The position numbers and the translations under genes are program-made. From Bacilli bacterium (GTDB lineage Bacteria; Bacillota_I; Bacilli_A; RF39; UBA660): 49,749 bases of DNA. Below are positions 48,848 to 49,749 of this stretch, one piece after another. The stretch is taken from NCBI GenBank assembly GCA_017462455.1, contig JAFTRC010000022.1, forward strand, positions 1 through 49,749. Reading direction: 5' to 3'. Position 1 is the first letter of the stretch, and each line of letters begins with the position of its first letter. The notes under the pieces are model-generated. The model saw nothing but the letters and a program-made list of their open reading frames with translations, was not told the DNA's origin and did not search any database.

Positions 48848-49749
48848 TTATTTGATAATTTCTGAAATAGATCCAGAACCAACTGTTCTACCACCTTCAC
48901 GGATTGAGAATTTAGTTCCGTTTTCAATAGCGATTGGAGCTATTAATTCAACTGTCATTTCAACATTATCTCCTGGCATAACCATTTCAACACCTTCTGG
49001 TAATTCAATAACACCAGTAACGTCTGTAGTTCTGAAATAGAATTGTGGACGATAGTTGCTGAAGAATGGAGTATGTCTTCCACCTTCTTCTTTAGTTAAA
49101 ACATAAACTTGTGCTTTAAACTTAGTATGAGGTGTAACTGTTCCTGGTTTAGCTAATACTTGACCACGTTCAACTTCTTCACGAGAAACACCACGTAATA
49201 ATACACCAGCATTGTCTCCTGATTCAGCATAGTCTAATTGTTTACGGAACATTTCGATTCCTGTAACAACAGTTTTCTTAGTTTCTTTTAAACCAACGAT
49301 TTCAACTTCGTCATTTAATTTTAATTGTCCACGTTCAACACGTCCTGTAACAACAGTTCCACGTCCAGTGATTGTGAAAACGTCTTCAATTGGCATTAAG
49401 AATGGTTTATCAGTATCTCTAGCTGGAGTTTCAATCCAAGCATCTACTGCATCCATTAATTCTAAAATTTTAGCTTCGTAAGCAGCATCTCCTTCAAGAG
49501 CTTTTAATCCTGATCCACGAATGATTGGAGTATTGTCTCCATCGAATCCATATTCGCTTAATAATTCACGGATTTCCATTTCAACTAAATCTAATAATTC
49601 AGCATCGTCAACCATGTCACATTTGTTCATGAATACAACGATATAAGGAACACCAACTTGTCTTGCAAGTAGTATATGTTCTCTAGTTTGTGGCATTGGA
49701 CCATCTGTTGCAGAAACAACTAGGATAGCTCCATCCATTTGTGCAGCAC
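48848..49749 (-). CDS. tuf: Elongation factor Tu (N-terminus outside the window)
   Basis: [48 protein letters not shown]. Confidence 0.99.
   Translation of the reverse strand, partial: AAQMDGAILVVSATDGPMPQTREHILLARQVGVPYIVVFMNKCDMVDDAELLDLVEMEIRELLSEYGFDGDNTPIIRGSGLKALEGDAAYEAKILELMDAVDAWIETPARDTDKPFLMPIEDVFTITGRGTVVTGRVERGQLKLNDEVEIVGLKETKKTVVTGIEMFRKQLDYAESGDNAGVLLRGVSREEVERGQVLAKPGTVTPHTKFKAQVYVLTKEEGGRHTPFFSNYRPQFYFRTTDVTGVIELPEGVEMVMPGDNVEMTVELIAPIAIENGTKFSIREGGRTVGSGSISEIIK

Noticed and set aside
48852-49040. Plus-strand ORF antisense to tuf
   Set aside because: Shadow frame caused by tuf codon bias.

Overview
Very AT-rich chromosomal window from a Bacillota genome; sporulation genes, several prepilin-like genes and the gene order suggest an uncultured Bacilli lineage such as RF39 (inference). 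Almost all genes lie on the minus strand. Core genes (tuf, rnhC/cvpA, mtaB, ylbD-ylbE-rsmD, yqfC-yqfD, ybeY-dgkA-era-yqzL-recO) are interleaved with accessory cell-envelope blocks: a ~15 kb TagO/Wzm-Wzt glycan locus (10.1-25.4 kb); a ~10 kb teichoic-acid-like locus with three tandem ATP-grasp ligases and an acyltransferase-CapA-SGNH fusion (32.3-42.2 kb); a cohesin-like/dockerin gene pair; three type IV pilin-like genes; and a CotH-VTC-DUF4956 module. The main feature missing from the ORF track is a ~580 nt OLE RNA (9440-10018, minus). It has its own promoter and terminator and is separated from oapA by an unannotated 68-aa single-pass membrane protein gene. Other items: a 50-bp perfect direct repeat flanking an extra tagD, an ORF6N pseudogene, a pilin-dockerin gene with an apparent CTG start, and a T15 tract in a surface-protein promoter. 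All family assignments come from motif recognition by eye; no searches were run.
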